Positions 37,589 through 51,395 of a stretch of 64,000 bases of DNA are shown here, piece after piece. This stretch comes from Octopus sinensis (taxonomy: Eukaryota). The stretch lies in NCBI RefSeq assembly GCF_006345805.1, contig NC_043010.1, positions 47,492,001 to 47,556,000 of the forward strand. The letters run 5' to 3'. The position numbers and the translations under genes are program-made. The notes under the pieces were generated by a model that made no database searches, was not told where the DNA came from, and was given only the letters and a program-made list of their open reading frames with translations. Position 1 is the stretch's first letter. Each line of letters starts with the position of its first letter.

Positions 37589-39693
37589 ATCGTGCAGAGA
37601 TACGTTTTCGAAGAGGGTACATGATGATTATCTCCATGAAATATTTTTTAAATGTTTAAATTTTTTTCTTACTCAAAAAGAAAACAAATAATTCATTAAT
37701 TCAAACATTTTTTTTTAACCTTCCTGCAGCTTGAGCATAATAATTGCTCAACATAAAAACATTAACTTATTTGATATTATTCATTACAACATTTGAAATA
37801 GGAAGACGTGATCAACAAATAAATAAAGCGATTTCTCAGGTTGAAATTATTCTTACTGAATACTTTCGATGTATATCGTGCGTAGTAGGCTAAACATAAA
37901 TTGGGAAAAGTTTTATTGTACATTTTCATTTTATGTTGATAATGTTATATTTTCTTTTTGACGATCTTAAGATCGCCTTATTTTTTTTATGTTGTGCAAG
38001 TTATTGAATACTTATTATGAGTGAAAAAAACCATCAAAACAATCGTATCCCAGAAAAATTTCATTAAAATTATACCTTAAAAAGTTATGAAGAAACAAAG
38101 TCAAATCAGAATGGTTGGGGCACTCAAGTGTAGTTATGGTTTTGTTTTTATGTGCTGTTTGATTTGTTGTTTAGCCTCCAAGTCAGTGTTGATCAAGCAG
38201 ACCTGTGATCAAATGACAGTCCAGCCGTAACCATTTCATCTATTCTGCTTTCCGATACAGTTTATCGAAAATCACATTTTCCTATAACTCCTTTTCTTCT
38301 TAAAGATAGTAGGTGTGATTTAAAGGAGATTTTGCTGTTATTTCTAGAAGAAAGGGTGATCACATAGAGGCTCCTTCGTTGACTCACGTGTTTGCTGCTG
38401 TTGTTCAGCCCCAGGTTAGCTCTGCTCAGAGTAACACACAAATGCTTTCCGGCCATGACCACCATTGTTTTTTTTTTTTTTTTGTTCAATGTGTTCATTT
38501 TTATTTTAAGACGGTAGTGCTGGTGATTAGAATAAAATTAACAGGTCGAGCGGCTTTTGTCGAGGTTGTCTCGCATGATGTATGTTACGATAGCTGTTGT
38601 TTAACCCCAGGTCAACTCTGATACAGTAGATCAGCGGTTCTCAACCATTTTTTTTTTTTTTTTTATTACTTATGAACCGCCTTTTGATTACTATTTTATT
38701 CTGGTGGAGCCATTCGATGTTTTAAAAACTAGTTTTATAGCCAATGCTTTCAAAATTTCTATTTTGTTTTTCATACATTCGCTTGCAATACGTTAGCAAG
38801 AAATGTTAGAGACGAAAGATCGCCAATGTTGATCTATGTTAAGCGTTAGAGAAGAAACCTAGCTGTTTCTTGCAATAAAAACATTCAAAGCAAAACTTTT
38901 ATACGGACTTCAAAAATAATACGGTAGATCTCCCAGGCGAAAGTAAGGAATACGCACACCCGGTATTTAGGGTTGCGGTTAGGGTTAGGGTTAGGGTTTT
39001 TGTCACAGTGAAAACGGATGGTGTGCATACTCTTTATCTCCGCCGATCCCCAAATTACTGTTTCACTTGCGTGGGCCCCTAGGGAACATATAGATCCTGA
39101 TTGAGATCTACTGCAGTAGATCTATAATCAGATATGCCAGACATAATATTCCCGTATCATGTCGGGTGACCGCGTTGAAGCGCACTCATTAGTACAGCGA
39201 TTACCGCATATGTTACGCTCCCACTCCTAATGTTTCACGGACATCGCGCTAAATGTTTTATTACTACGGTACTATACAGACTTCAGCTTTTATGAATGAC
39301 TGGTGTTTTCGGTTGATCCGATTCTCGGAATGTTTCCGCGATCCAAGTAAACGGTCTTTTACCGGCAATAACGAAACCCTACTCTTATCAATTCTAATTC
39401 AGCGATTCTGCACGAGCTCTAATTACTGTTGTATCACACGTTCAACTTTTATGAAAGAATGCCGAATGCCTCTTTTACTCTTTTACTTGTTTCAGTCAGT
39501 TGACTGTGGCCATGCTGGAGCACCGCCTTTAGTCGAGCAAATCGACCCCAGGACTTATTTATTGTAAGCCTCGTACTTATTCTATCGGTCTCTTTTGCCG
39601 AACCACTAAATTACGGGGACGTAAACACACCAGCATCGGTTGTCAAGCGATGTTGGGGGGACATACACACACACACACGCACACACACTATAT

Positions 39694-39724
<31 letters not shown>

Positions 39725-40663
39725 TACGACGGGCTTCTTTTAGTTTCCGTCTACCAAATCCACTCACAAGGCTTTGGTCGGCCCAAGGCTATAGTAGAAG
39801 ACACTTGCCCAAGGTGCCACGCTGTGGGACTGAACCCGGAACCATGTGGTTCGTTAGCAAGCTACTTACTCCTACGCCTATAATGCCTATGGACAACTGA
39901 TTGATTCAATACACAGAACATTTCCAAATACCAACACATTTTAGATTAAAGAAATTACAATTATAATTCTTTCTAATTCTGGCATAAGGCCAGCCATTCT
40001 GAAGGAAGAAGTCAATTACATTGATCCCAGTACTTGCTGGTACATTTTTTTTTTATCGAACCCGAAAGGATTAAAGGCAAAGTTGAACTCGGCGGTATTT
40101 GAACTTAGAATGTAAAGAGTCGGACGAAATGTCGTTAACCACTTTGTCCGGCGTGCTAACGATTCTGCCACCTCGCTGCTTTTACAATAATACTTTCTGC
40201 TACAGGCACAAGGCATGAAATTTTGGGGGCGGGGGACAGTTGATTATGGTACTTATTTTATTGACCCCCCAAAAAGATAAAAGGCCAAGTCGACCTCGGC
40301 AGAATTTGAACTCACAACGTAAAGACGGACAATATACCGCTAAGCATTTTGTCCGACATGCTAACGGTTCTGCTAGCTCGCCATCTTTGTAATATTTATA
40401 ATTATGGTTTCAAATTTTGGCACAAGGCCAGCAACTTCATGGGAGGGGATAAGTCGATTACATCGACTCCAGTGTTCAACTGGTACTTATTTTATCGACC
40501 CCGAAAGGATGAAAGTAATAATAATAATAATAATCCTTTCTACTATAGGAACAAAGCCTGGAATTTTGGAGGAGGGGGGATCAGTTGATTACATCGACCC
40601 CAATGCTTAACTGGTACTTAATTTATCGATCTCCGAAAGGATGAAAGGCAAAGTCGACCTCGT

Positions 40664-41229
40664 CCTGTACATGTGTTCCCCCCGACTTTGTTTCCTCATA
40701 ACCCCCAGAAAAATGAATAGGAAGAGGAATTTCGGAAAATTCACTCGAGTTGACTTTGTTTCTTCATAACTTTCAGAAAATGGTATTTTTTAATGAAATT
40801 TTCTATAGATACTTTTTCAGAGTGTGTAAATTGCGATTATATCAGAATTTGATGTGAAATGAAAATAGCGAACGCACACATACGTACTGACACACATCGC
40901 AATTTTTTTGTCGAAATTTCAAGTTTCATTTTTTTCGATATATGTGACATGTGTCAGTATGTATGTGTACGAGCCCACCAAATTAATTTTTTTCCTATTA
41001 CATTCTGATATAATCGTAATCTACACATTCTGAAAAGTATTTGTAGAATAATTAATAGAAATTGCCCATTTTTCTGAAAATTATGAGCAAAGAAAGCCGT
41101 CACGTGTGAATTTTTCCGAAATTCCTAACCATTTGAAGCGTATTTGTAGAAAATTTCATTAAAAAGTGTCCATTTTTCTGGAAGTCATGAGGAAACAAAG
41201 TTGGGAGTAGGCACATGTGTAGGAATGCC
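40664..41229. mobile_element. Fold-back element with long imperfect arms; shorter relative at ~41872-42065
   Basis: Inverted arms CCTACACATGTG..ACTTTGTTTCCTCAT..CCAGAAAAATG. Confidence 0.65.
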
Positions 41230-41266
<37 letters not shown>

Positions 41267-42137
41267 GTAATATTAATAATAAATGCCCTGATGCAGTACC
41301 AGGCAGTGGTTCTCAAGGCTTCTGATCTTAACTGATTAGAAGTGTTATCATGTACATTGTTTTGTCTTGGTATAAAAAATGGGCTACAGCAAATATTCTG
41401 CTCAATACCACAGATTTACTTGTCAGTTGTTTGACCGTAACCAGTTGAGCATGTCCCTTAGTGGCTGACGATATGTGTATCTCTGATCATGAGCAAGAGT
41501 ACTGCGGGAGCATCATAGACATGTGTTGACAGGAATTCTTTGAGGTTTGGATAATTCACCTTTGGAAGCATAGGTGTTTCATTCAGCATCATTAAACAAA
41601 CCTTATTCAGGGACCTTCTGAGCGGGACGGGCTACTCAACCCGAAGAAAATTCTAACTGGACCCCACCCACAAGGTCATGCGCTGTTATGATATGAGATC
41701 GCTATGTTGATATGAGATCGCTATGTTGCGCACATATTGTTGTGATGCATGTGCCTAGTGTACTCTTATCAGACGGGTAGTCATGATGGGTATACAGGGC
41801 TTCGTATATTTGTACCCCAGTGTCGTTTTGATGGCATACACTACCCTCTCACTCAATAATAATAATAATTCGGCATACCCACACACGTTTGCTCCCCCAG
41901 CTCCGACTTTTGTTTCCGCATAACTTCAGAAATATTAAATTCTGATATAATGGTAATCTTGACACTCTGAAACATATTTGTAGAAAATTTCATATGCAAA
42001 AAGTATCCATTTTTCTGAAAGATATGAAGAAACAAAATCGCTGAGGTACACTTGTGTAGGCTTGCTAAAAGTTGATTGACAATAAAATGAACAAACGTTG
42101 TTGGATGCTACTTGATATATTAGCTTTTATACAACAA

Positions 42138-42745
42138 CTAGCTTTTAAGCTAGCTCCTGCGGAGGGCTAATTGGCTTTGCGACTCAAAACTAAAAAGGGA
42201 AATAATAATAAAGCATTTATTGGTATCTTACCATCTAGGTTTTATATCACAGAGTATCACATTTGGATAATTTGGAAATCGCTGTAAAGCAGCAGGATAA
42301 ACAATATTCTTGGTTTTACCATTTGATGTGAGTATGAAGAGATTGTTGACAATTCCAGCTCTGGAACAACTAACATAGAACTGACCATGGGAAAAGCGCT
42401 GCTGCAGGAGGTGCAGTCTAACACTTTTGAGTAATTGTACTTGACTCTTGTTAACTGATATTGCAACACTAACTCTTACAGGAAATTGAAGTCTCTTGAA
42501 TTTGAAGGGCATGTCTGCTGGAATCTGTGGAATTCTTGGAATAAACACATTTTCTCCCTTTCCTTGTCCAGTGAGGATTGTTGCTTCCAAAAGATGTGGA
42601 TGCATTTGCCTGACAATCAGTCTTGTTCCCTTGCACATCTTTGGGAGATCCGGATTTCTCAAAAGTATGATTGGAACTCCTTTCTTCAATGTCAGTTTGT
42701 GAGAAGGCGTTGCAGGAGGATCCAAAGAAAATCAGTAATTATAGA
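42138..42745 (-). mobile_element. Helitron 3' remnant (PIF1-like helicase C-terminus)
   Basis: LTLKKGVPIILLRN..GTRL..IPRI..FKRLQFPVR..AISVNKSQ..FSHGQFYVSCSR..TKNIVY; ends in CTAG. Confidence 0.9.
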
Positions 42746-42774
42746 AGATATATATATTATATATATATATAATC

Positions 42775-43430
42775 GATCAAACGGGACGACGCTTGGCTGA
42801 CCGGTTCGAGGAACACCTCCGAAAATCAGACTCGGCAATGACACCCCGGTCTCGCGCCATTTTCGCTCTACTGGTCATTCTTTACAACACCTGTCTATGT
42901 TCAGATTGTTCTCACACAGGGGCCATCTGGACTCCCGTCTTCGCCGTGAACAATAATTAATCTTCTCTCTTCGCTCCTTTGAACCCTTCACTCCCATCCA
43001 CCTTCCTCTCCTCTCTTGCTCTGACACCTTTCTTCACTCCCACCCACCTACACCCTTCCACCATCGTTATCCCACCCCTACACATTCCAACCCACCATCC
43101 CTATACATCCCATCCCACTCCCACATACCCTACCTCTACCCTCACCTCAACCCACACCCTACCCTTGCTTCGCCCCATCCTCGCCTCCCCACACCCCAAC
43201 ACCACACCACACTACATCACACCACCCCGCACACACTAGCACTGACCACTTCCCAGCACCCACACACCTACACATGCACATACGCACACCTCAAGGTCAC
43301 CAACCCCTATCCACACGCACATACACGCTCTCATATGCATACGCACGCGCACCTTCGTTTTGGCATCACCACTACTTTATTATCTCTCCTTCATCTCATC
43401 TTTCCTGTCTGACCACCTCTGTCTGGCATT
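42775..43430 (+). mobile_element. PLE GIY-YIG C-terminal fragment plus C-rich 3' region
   Basis: QTGRRLADRFEEHLR..NDTPVSRHFRSTGHSLQHL..EQ*LIFSL, with a frameshift. Confidence 0.7.
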
Positions 43431-43541
43431 CGCCATGATTGATTGCTTGCCACTAAACCTTTGCTGAATGTTCAAGAACCAAATGAAGAGCAAATTTTCA
43501 AACCCTGAGTCCTGATTCCACACCCCCTCAAAAAAAAAGTA

Positions 43542-43948
43542 TGAGTGGCTGTGTGGTAAGTAGCTTGCTTACCAACCACATGGTTCCGGGTTCAGTCCCA
43601 CTGCGGAGCACCTTGGGCAAGTGTCTTCTACTATAGCATCGGACCGATCAAAGCCTTGTGAGTGGATTTGGTAGACGGAAACTAAAAGAAGCCCGTCGTA
43701 TATATGTATATATTATATGTGTGTGTATATGTTTGTGTGTCTGTGTTTGTCCCCCCAACCTCGCTTGACAACCGATGCTGGTGTGTTTACGTCCCCGTAA
43801 CTTAGCGGTTCTGCAATAGAGACCGATAGAATAAGTACTAGGCTTACAAAAAATAAGTCCTGGGGTCGACTTACTCGACTAAAAGCGGTGCTCCAGCATA
43901 GCCACAGTCAACTGACTGAAACAAGTAAAAGAGTAAAGAGAAAAGAGT
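43542..43948 (+). mobile_element. tRNA-derived SINE family S1 (octopus OR-like), full length; also 1331-1684, 13672-14053, 39470-39872(-) and many fragments
   Basis: A/B-box head GAGTGGCTGTGTGGTAAG..GGGTTCAGTCCC, CORE-like GCACCTTGGGCAAGTG, central microsatellite, (GTAAAAGA)n tail. Confidence 0.9.
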
Positions 43949-44300
43949 ATGTAGAGCAAATATAGACTGAGATACAGGGGTCCCAGACAGACAGAATTTC
44001 GTTTTTTTTTTATAGATTAAGCCTAGTTTGTATTTTTGACGTTAATAAAGGTCGGTCGAACGAATCGAATTGAGCGTTTTTTTAAACAAGCAATAAACAT
44101 TTTATTGCGTACAATTTCTACTTCAACTTCCTGCTGTTAAACAATTCGCATAAGCACAAATGACAAGTTTGCCTTAATATAGTGACATATTCGATGTCAA
44201 GCCACACAGGTGTTAGTCTACATTATATTAAAGTTGTGTATCAGGAAATATTTAACTTATATATCAGGGCTGTGTAATACGAGAAAATATCGTGCTTATA

Positions 44301-44790
44301 TACGAGGTGGTACCAAAAAGTTCCCGGACTAGTTCTGTAGCGTGCCAACAGATGGCAGCACACAGTTGCGTGTACAGTGAGAGCTAGCAGTGACCTTCAT
44401 GAGACTGTGCTGGGTGACATCGTTGTGTTTACTTAGCAAGTTGTGGAATTTGTGTTTTTGTGATCACGTGTAATGCTGTAGTCTGCGATTTTGTCATGGA
44501 CAGGAAGTTGGAACAAAGAACCAACGTGAAGCTTTGCGTTAAACTTGGGAAGTCTGCTACAGAGACATTGAGCATGCTTTGGCAAGCTTACGGCAACGAG
44601 GTAATGGGTCATACGCAATGTTTCGAGTGGCACGGGCGCTTCAAAAGCCGCAGCTCAATCAAGAGTATGATCATCGTTTTTTTTTTTACTTCTACGGTAT
44701 TGTGCATCGAAAGCCAGAACGTTTCCCAGAACCAAACCGTCAATCGGGAGTTCTCCTGCGACGTTTTGAAGTATATGACGCAAGTGAAGT
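44301..44790 (+). mobile_element. Internally deleted mariner-like element (left TIR, HTH region, partial catalytic region)
   Basis: TA-CGAGG.. TIR start; EQRTNVKLCVKLGKSATETLSML..QCFEWHGRFK joined to KSMIIVFF..GIVH..QTVNREF. Confidence 0.8.
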
Positions 44791-46566
44791 GAATATATAT
44801 AAGTTAAATAAGTACCAGTTACGCACTGGTGTCGATATAATCGACTTAATCCCTTTGTCTGTCCTTGTTTGTCCTCTCTGTGTTTAGCCCCTTGTGGGTA
44901 GTAAAGAAATAGGCATTGAATATCTCTTTACATTTTGAGTTCAAATTCCGCTGAGGTCGACTTTGCCTTTTATCCTTTCGGGTTCGACAAAATAAAAAAA
45001 AAGCACCATAATCGGCTACCCATCACCCCCAAATTTCAGGCAGTGTACCTATAATAGAAAGAATGTATTATTGTAAAGGCGACGACCTGGTAGAATTGTT
45101 TGCACGGCAACAAAACGCTGAGCAGAAGCTCAACATTAATGGAAGTTGATCGTCCAGATCGAGGGGAACCTGAAAGAGAAAAGTTTGTCGAATGAAGCTG
45201 GTGAAACTATCGTTGGTATGTCCGGATATTTAACACATAAAGCATGACGGGCCACGATCGTGGCCCAGATAGATACATTTATTTTATGGGCGTTTGTTGG
45301 GGTCTAATGTAATTCAAACACTCTGATACCCGCCAGAATGCAAGAGGACTAATAGTTCAACTAATGACTTTTCAGATTATGTAAAACTATTTTTGTTTTT
45401 TATGTGTGCACAGTAGTCTCATTTTCATAAAATGGGCTCAGCAGTCCATGCACTTACATAAGTGCAAATCCCAGTGCTTTATGGGTTGAAGCTTCGTTTC
45501 CATTGACAGAATGAATATTTCTTGCCTTTTTCGTTGTAGAAGAATCCCTTTTGAATCTATGTAGTATGCAGAGTTTGATTTGGTGTTAAATCCTATTCGA
45601 ATTTAACCACTTCAGTGTAAAGCAGACATAGGCTCTCTTTTTCGAGAATCAGGTTGCACTTTTTAAAAAATTCAAAATAATTTTTCATTAGCTGTGCCAT
45701 TCAGAAGGTCCCGCGGGCCTAAGTTTGTCCAATGACTGGTGTAGTCTGCCAAGAAAGAAAACAGTAGCATTGGAATGTAAAAATTAATGCTTATTTTACC
45801 GTATGTATTAAATAAGTGTGAGGATGCATAGCCTAGAGAGGTTATGGTTTGGCATTCGCGATAGTGTGATGGTGGTTTCAATTCTTGGACCGGGTGGTGC
45901 ATTGTGTTCTTGAGTAAAAACACTTCCGCTCACCACTTCGATACCCGCATCTATTCAGACAACGTTGATTTGATGGAGAGGGTGAACTATTGTACAGCAC
46001 AAACATTTGATCAATATAAAATGAATCATTTGTGCAGCTTGTTCAACGAAAAGAAAAAAGAAAATGCTGAACCGTCTTTCTCGGACTAACGAGAGATTAT
46101 TTTGGAGATAGATAAATGAATGAATGAATAGCTAAATAGATAAATAAGCACCCTCAATGTGATCATGTCAAAAATGTAACAGGACTTTCATTCAATAATT
46201 TTCACGGATTCCGCTGGTATAATTAGCTTGTCGAGTATTGAAAATAAAAAAAATAGAGCGTATGAACAAAGACAATCTATGTCAACTCATTCATGTGGTA
46301 ACGAAGTATTGTATACAACATTAAATTGAGTTGTGATTCCGACTAATGATAAACAATTACAATTCTTTTGCAGTAAACGTGTTGCTTACAGCTCCTGTTT
46401 ACAATGAGAGGTCGTTCGTTCTATAATACGATAATCTACAGCAGTGGTTCTTCTTTACCCCACTTTTTGTTTTTCTCGGTGTCTTTTTGTAAGTAGTTGT
46501 AATGCCCGGCGCCCGCATAAGTGGCGAGGTTTTCAGAACAGACAGAGAGTTTTAGAAGATTTAAAT

Positions 46567-46861
46567 CAGTGGTTCCCAAAGTTTTCCAGACTGCGGGCTT
46601 CTTGGCACCCAGGTCACAATCCTAACGCCTCCACCTCCACCCCACTCACCAACACAATCATTGTCCACTTTCTCCAGCAAATTCAAAACAAATGCATCTC
46701 ACAAAAAAAATCTTAACCTAATTCGCTCATCATTTTGTTTTTTTTTACATACATCGCCCTCTTTTGACCTCTCCATTATCACCCTTCTTTTCTTCAACGC
46801 CCCACCCAGGATCTTTTCACCACCCCCAAGGCAGCAGTACTCCACACTTTGGGAACCATTG
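46567..46861. mobile_element. hAT MITE
   Basis: TIR CAGTGGTTCCCAAAGT; TSD atttaaat/atttgaat. Confidence 0.8.
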
Positions 46862-46884
46862 ATTTGAATACAAAGAAACAAGAA

Positions 46885-47260
46885 AGAAGAGAGAAAAGAA
46901 AAGAAAGAAAAAAAGGGGAGTAAAGCGGTGGAGAGGGGGGCGATGGGTCACATACCCCAGAACAAATTGTGCGCTAAGTCACACCCCGTAGTCAGGACCG
47001 CGATGGCGTTGTCACGGAGAATGACCAGCGTCACCCGCTGCAGCATCCACTCAATCTTGTGGTGCTCATCTCTCCGACGTGCCGCTATTATCCCTATTTT
47101 GCGGAGGAAATCGGTGGTAATACTGGATCCTAAAACACTTGACAATTAAGACGGCGACCGGTACAAATTGATAGCTGCCGGCTAGGCCCCTGTAGTTATT
47201 GATTTTTCTCTCCTCTGGGTTACGGGCATCGACACTCGGGTTTGTAGCCGATGCTTGCAA
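46885..47260 (-). mobile_element. 3' fragment of an RLE-type (CRE-like) non-LTR element; shorter second copy at 47478-47620
   Basis: YQFVPVAV..LGSSITTDFLRKIG..EWMLQRVTLVILRDNAIAVL resembles the C-terminal restriction-like endonuclease region; shared T-rich tail. Confidence 0.6.
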
Positions 47261-47655
47261 GGTTGGAGCCGGAATACAACTAAATCAGCTTAACATGGAT
47301 GATAATTTATAAATTTTACTCAAAAATTGGATTGTATAAGCTTTTAACAGTGAAATAAGAAATTAGTGTTTGTCGCCACCTTAACGTGAGTGTTCTCGAA
47401 GAACCGACGATACTGCTATTTTCACCTCAAAAAGACATCTCCAGCTGGTTATTCAGTATGCTTTCGCACCACAAGAAAAGAAAGATAAAAAAGGGAGTAA
47501 AGCGTAGGAGAGGGGGTCGATGGGTCACATACCCCAGAACAAATGGTGCGCTAAGTCACACCCCGTAGTCAGGACCGCGATGGCGTTGTCACGGAGAATG
47601 ACCAGCGTCACCCGCTGCAAGCAGGAGAGAACTCCTGACACTCTAGCTCCGAGAT

Positions 47656-47700
47656 CACCAGATCACGTTATTTCGATCGTATTGGATCACTTCAGTGGTG
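47656..47700 (-). ncRNA. Degenerate hammerhead ribozyme, family 5
   Basis: CACCA-CTGAAGT-GATC-CAATAC-GATC-GAAAT-AACGTG-ATC/TGGTG; the stems pair but core A9 is T. Confidence 0.55.
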
Positions 47701-47985
47701 GGCACTCGTTTGTCAGGTATGGTATTAGTCTGACCTCGCTTGCAATATATAGAAAATTCAGTGTCATACAATCACTGATCTTTATTAAAAAATTAATAAA
47801 GACAAAAGTTGTAAATTTACTTTATACATTGCAAGTTAACGACTTGCCTGTACCTGATGAGATCTAACTAACAGCATGCTACTTATCTCTTATTTTAATT
47901 TAATAGCAATTACTAGTTTTATCATGCATAATATAACAACTACTACAGGTAAAATTTAGTATGTTAATTATGTTACCTCACTGCC

Positions 47986-48024
<39 letters not shown>

Positions 48025-48280
48025 GAAATAGAAAGATGAATAATCTTGTTGCAGATTAATCAAAAGTTTAACCGATACCTTGGTAGCAAAAATCACAGCA
48101 GAAGACAGCACGGTTGGAGGTACAACCATATGGTGTTGCAACCGTGCGTTGGTGCGGATAATTGAATTTTAATATTATTAGTGAATTGAAAAAATGGAGT
48201 TGAACGGAGATTGAACAGAAATCGTTTTATAAAACGATTTCTGTTCAATCTTCGTTCAACTCCATTTCTTCAATTCACTA

Positions 48281-48385
<105 letters not shown>

Positions 48386-48439
48386 CGCATTTTACTGTAT
48401 TATTTTATGTATTTTTATTTCTTATATAATTCATATAAG

Positions 48440-48765
48440 TGAAGGTGTGTGGTTTAGTGGTTAGGGTATTCGGCTCGCGATCGTAAGATCGTTAGTTCAA
48501 TTCCCGGCGACACGTTGTCCTTGAGCAAGACACTTTTATTTCATGTTGCTCCAGACCACTCAGCTGGTAAAAATGAGTAGAACCTGTATTTCAAAGAGCC
48601 AGCTTTGTCACATTCTGTATCACGCTGAATCTCCCTGAGAACTACGTTAAGAGTACCCGTGTCTGTGGATTGCTCAGCTACTTGCACGTTAATTTCACGG
48701 GCACACTGTTCCGTTGATCTGATCAACTAGAATCCACGTCGTCGTAAGTGACGGAGTACCAGTTA
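48440..48765 (+). mobile_element. tRNA-derived SINE family S3 (also ~21612-21937 minus, with TSD atacaagagtag)
   Basis: A/B-box head, GTCCTTGAGCAAGACACTT domain; two near-full copies. Confidence 0.85.
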
Positions 48766-49680
48766 TTATTATTTTTTTTATATAAATGTCAGTTTATCGA
48801 TCTCCCAAAAGATCAGTCTACTCCACCATTTCGATCTGGTATTTATCGACACCTAATCCCGAAGATAGTTCCTTCAATCCCTAAAGGATATTATCGCCCA
48901 CTTTGACTACCTCTTTCTGTCTAAAATTGCGATCTTTAGCTGCAACAAGAATCAAAGATATTCTTCAAGTTCTGTTATTTAAAAAATTCTTTAATATCAC
49001 ATTTATATTAAGGCAGTGATGTGGCAGAATCTTTAACATGGCATTTCGTCTGTCTATACGTTCTGAGTTCAAATTCCACCGAGGTCGACTTTGCCTTTCA
49101 TCCTTTCAGGGGGTGGGGTTCGATAAAATAAGTACCAGTCACGTACTGAGGTCGATGTAATCGACTTATCCCTCCCCAAAATTGCTGGCCTTGTGCCAAA
49201 ATTTGAAACCAATATTACATTTATGTCGCTATACATTAGCTGTCGTGGTCAGAATAATTTTGAAATAATTAAAATGCGATTTTGACTTTGTACGGAAGGC
49301 CATATGCGATTTTCAATTACAAACTGGATTGGTTTGCTGAAAATAATTCTGTCCAACACAAGCAACCGCAGCAAATAGCTCCTAGGAAATTTGTAGATGA
49401 TATAACAGCCAGAAAAACAGTTATAATAACTAGGAAAACTCTTATTCACTACAGAAAAAAAAATCTACGAAAGTGTTTGAAAATGTGCTGAAAATTTTCG
49501 TGAAACTACACGTGTCCGCGCAACATACACAAATCACCCAAGACACAATTCTCATTTAGGGAAGTGCAAGTTCTATGGATTGAAAAATATACATATTGCA
49601 TTGATTGCAGACCCCTCAATCTATGTGACACTGTATCAAATTTCCAAAGACTATCATCGAATATATGCCTCTCATTTCAG

Positions 49681-49844
49681 TGGAAATGGAATTGCGATTT
49701 AATAGTAATGAGCAAAACATATTTGCAATACTCAACCATACTATTCTTAATCCTGATATGCCAGCTGACTCAGATGAGCACTATCGACTTGTGTCACGTT
49801 GTGGTGCTGATATGGATATGAAAATAGAAAAGGCAATCTGCACG
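49681..49844 (+). CDS. Exon 2 of the putative secreted protein (VEMELRFNSNEQNIFAILNHTILNPDMPADSDEHYRLVSRCGADMDMKIEKAICT)
   Basis: Acceptor tgcctctcatttcAG; phase-1 start matches exon 1; donor ACG|GTTTGT (phase 0). Confidence 0.65.
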
Positions 49845-49914
49845 GTTTGTTATGAACTATACGCAGCTACCAGGTTCTCTGGCATATGCAGTTTGGTGTT
49901 GAAATTATTTTCAA

Positions 49915-50307
49915 CTAGCAGTATCGCCCGGCGTTGCTCGGGTTTGTTTCCACCCTTTAGAATTGGAATTTTTGAAAAGTAAAATTTTGCATTATGTAGC
50001 TTGTTATTCTCTTTAAGTGAACATTTTTCTGGTTGAAATACACCGAAAAATGGCGACACACCAGTCAAAAAATCGTAAATTATAGGGATTTTCATAGAAA
50101 AAAAGCCACGTTTTTTATGTAAATAGTTTTTGGCCTTAACATGGTCCGATTTGAATTTTTTTCTTCTATGGAAGGAAGAGCAAGCCTTCTTCTATCATAC
50201 TCTCAATTTTGGTCAACTTGCGCCGCAGGGTCTCGGAGGAGATAGTGTTAGTTGAAGGCTACCAAACCTGCCATACACAGACAACTTCAGCTTTATATAG
50301 AGAGAGA
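49915..50307 (-). mobile_element. Non-autonomous Helitron with the same 3' end as 11223-11735
   Basis: A|TC...CCCGAGCAACGCCGGGCGATACTGCTAG|T on minus. Confidence 0.8.
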
Positions 50308-50701
50308 TAACGATCGTCATGGTGCTCTGACAGTCTTTAACTAATATCACTTATTCTTCGCCAACATTCCTGCTCCATCGTGTTCTGGAGAGTGTTCTTT
50401 CAGCGACCTCAGACGAATGTTGACATATTTGAGTACAATATGTCATTCATGACTAAATAATGCTTATGCTGAATAGTGAGTGAATGTATGTCAACTTGTC
50501 GACAAAAATGCCGACCAAATGATTAATATTTTTGCTGTTAAGAAATGCGGGAAAAAAATATTTCTTTGAAGTTGCAGGAGTGATTTGTGATAATTGGCGT
50601 ATCGCTGATTGATAAAAATGGCTTTTCGTTATATATTAGTATTTGTGTTTTTATCTGTGTAATATTTCGGATGATTCAAATCTCTGCCCTTCCCTCTAAA
50701 C

Positions 50702-50917
50702 CAGGGGTGGGCAAACTACGGCCCGCGGGCCGCATGCGGCCCGCCATAGGTTTTCATGCGGCCCGCCGAGAGCTTTTATGAATCCCAACTTCTATGCAGA
50801 TACTTCGTAACTGTACGGTAATTCACAATATTTTCACTTGATTTTTATAAATGAGGCCCGCCAAGGTTCCAAAGACGCATTGTGCGGCCCGCGATCAAAA
50901 AAGTTTGCCCACCCCTG
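50702..50917. mobile_element. hAT (Charlie-like) MITE
   Basis: TIR CAGGGGTGGGCAAAC; perfect 8-bp TSD ctctaaac. Confidence 0.9.
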
Positions 50918-51395
50918 CTCTAAACCAATGCGCACCTTATAGAACACACGGTAGATCATATGAATGAAGACATGAGCAATGTGCGTGAAAGAACGCGCAT
51001 GTTTGATTGCATTGAAGCGGAGCGAGATTAACCGAAATCGCCATCTTAGACTTTCAATGTTAATTTCATAAGCGTGAGCGCAGGAGTTGGAGATAAAAAA
51101 TAAAGAAAAAATTTTAACCAGCAGAAACTGTTTATAGTGATATTTTGGGGACAAAGTCTTCTCCATAACATTAAGCAAATAAAAGAGTTTCGGGACCCAT
51201 TGATTTTGATGATAAACTGTAGAAACATCATCCGTGATTATTATAAACAGCATCTGCTGTAATGGCTAGCCCATGCATGTAACAGGGGGAACTACGGCTA
51301 CTATGTACGTATTATGTCAATGATTGATTTCATGTTGGGTGAAAAAGAAAAAGTAATCAGTTAAAAGTATCAGGAATAACTAGAGTAAGGTAAAT

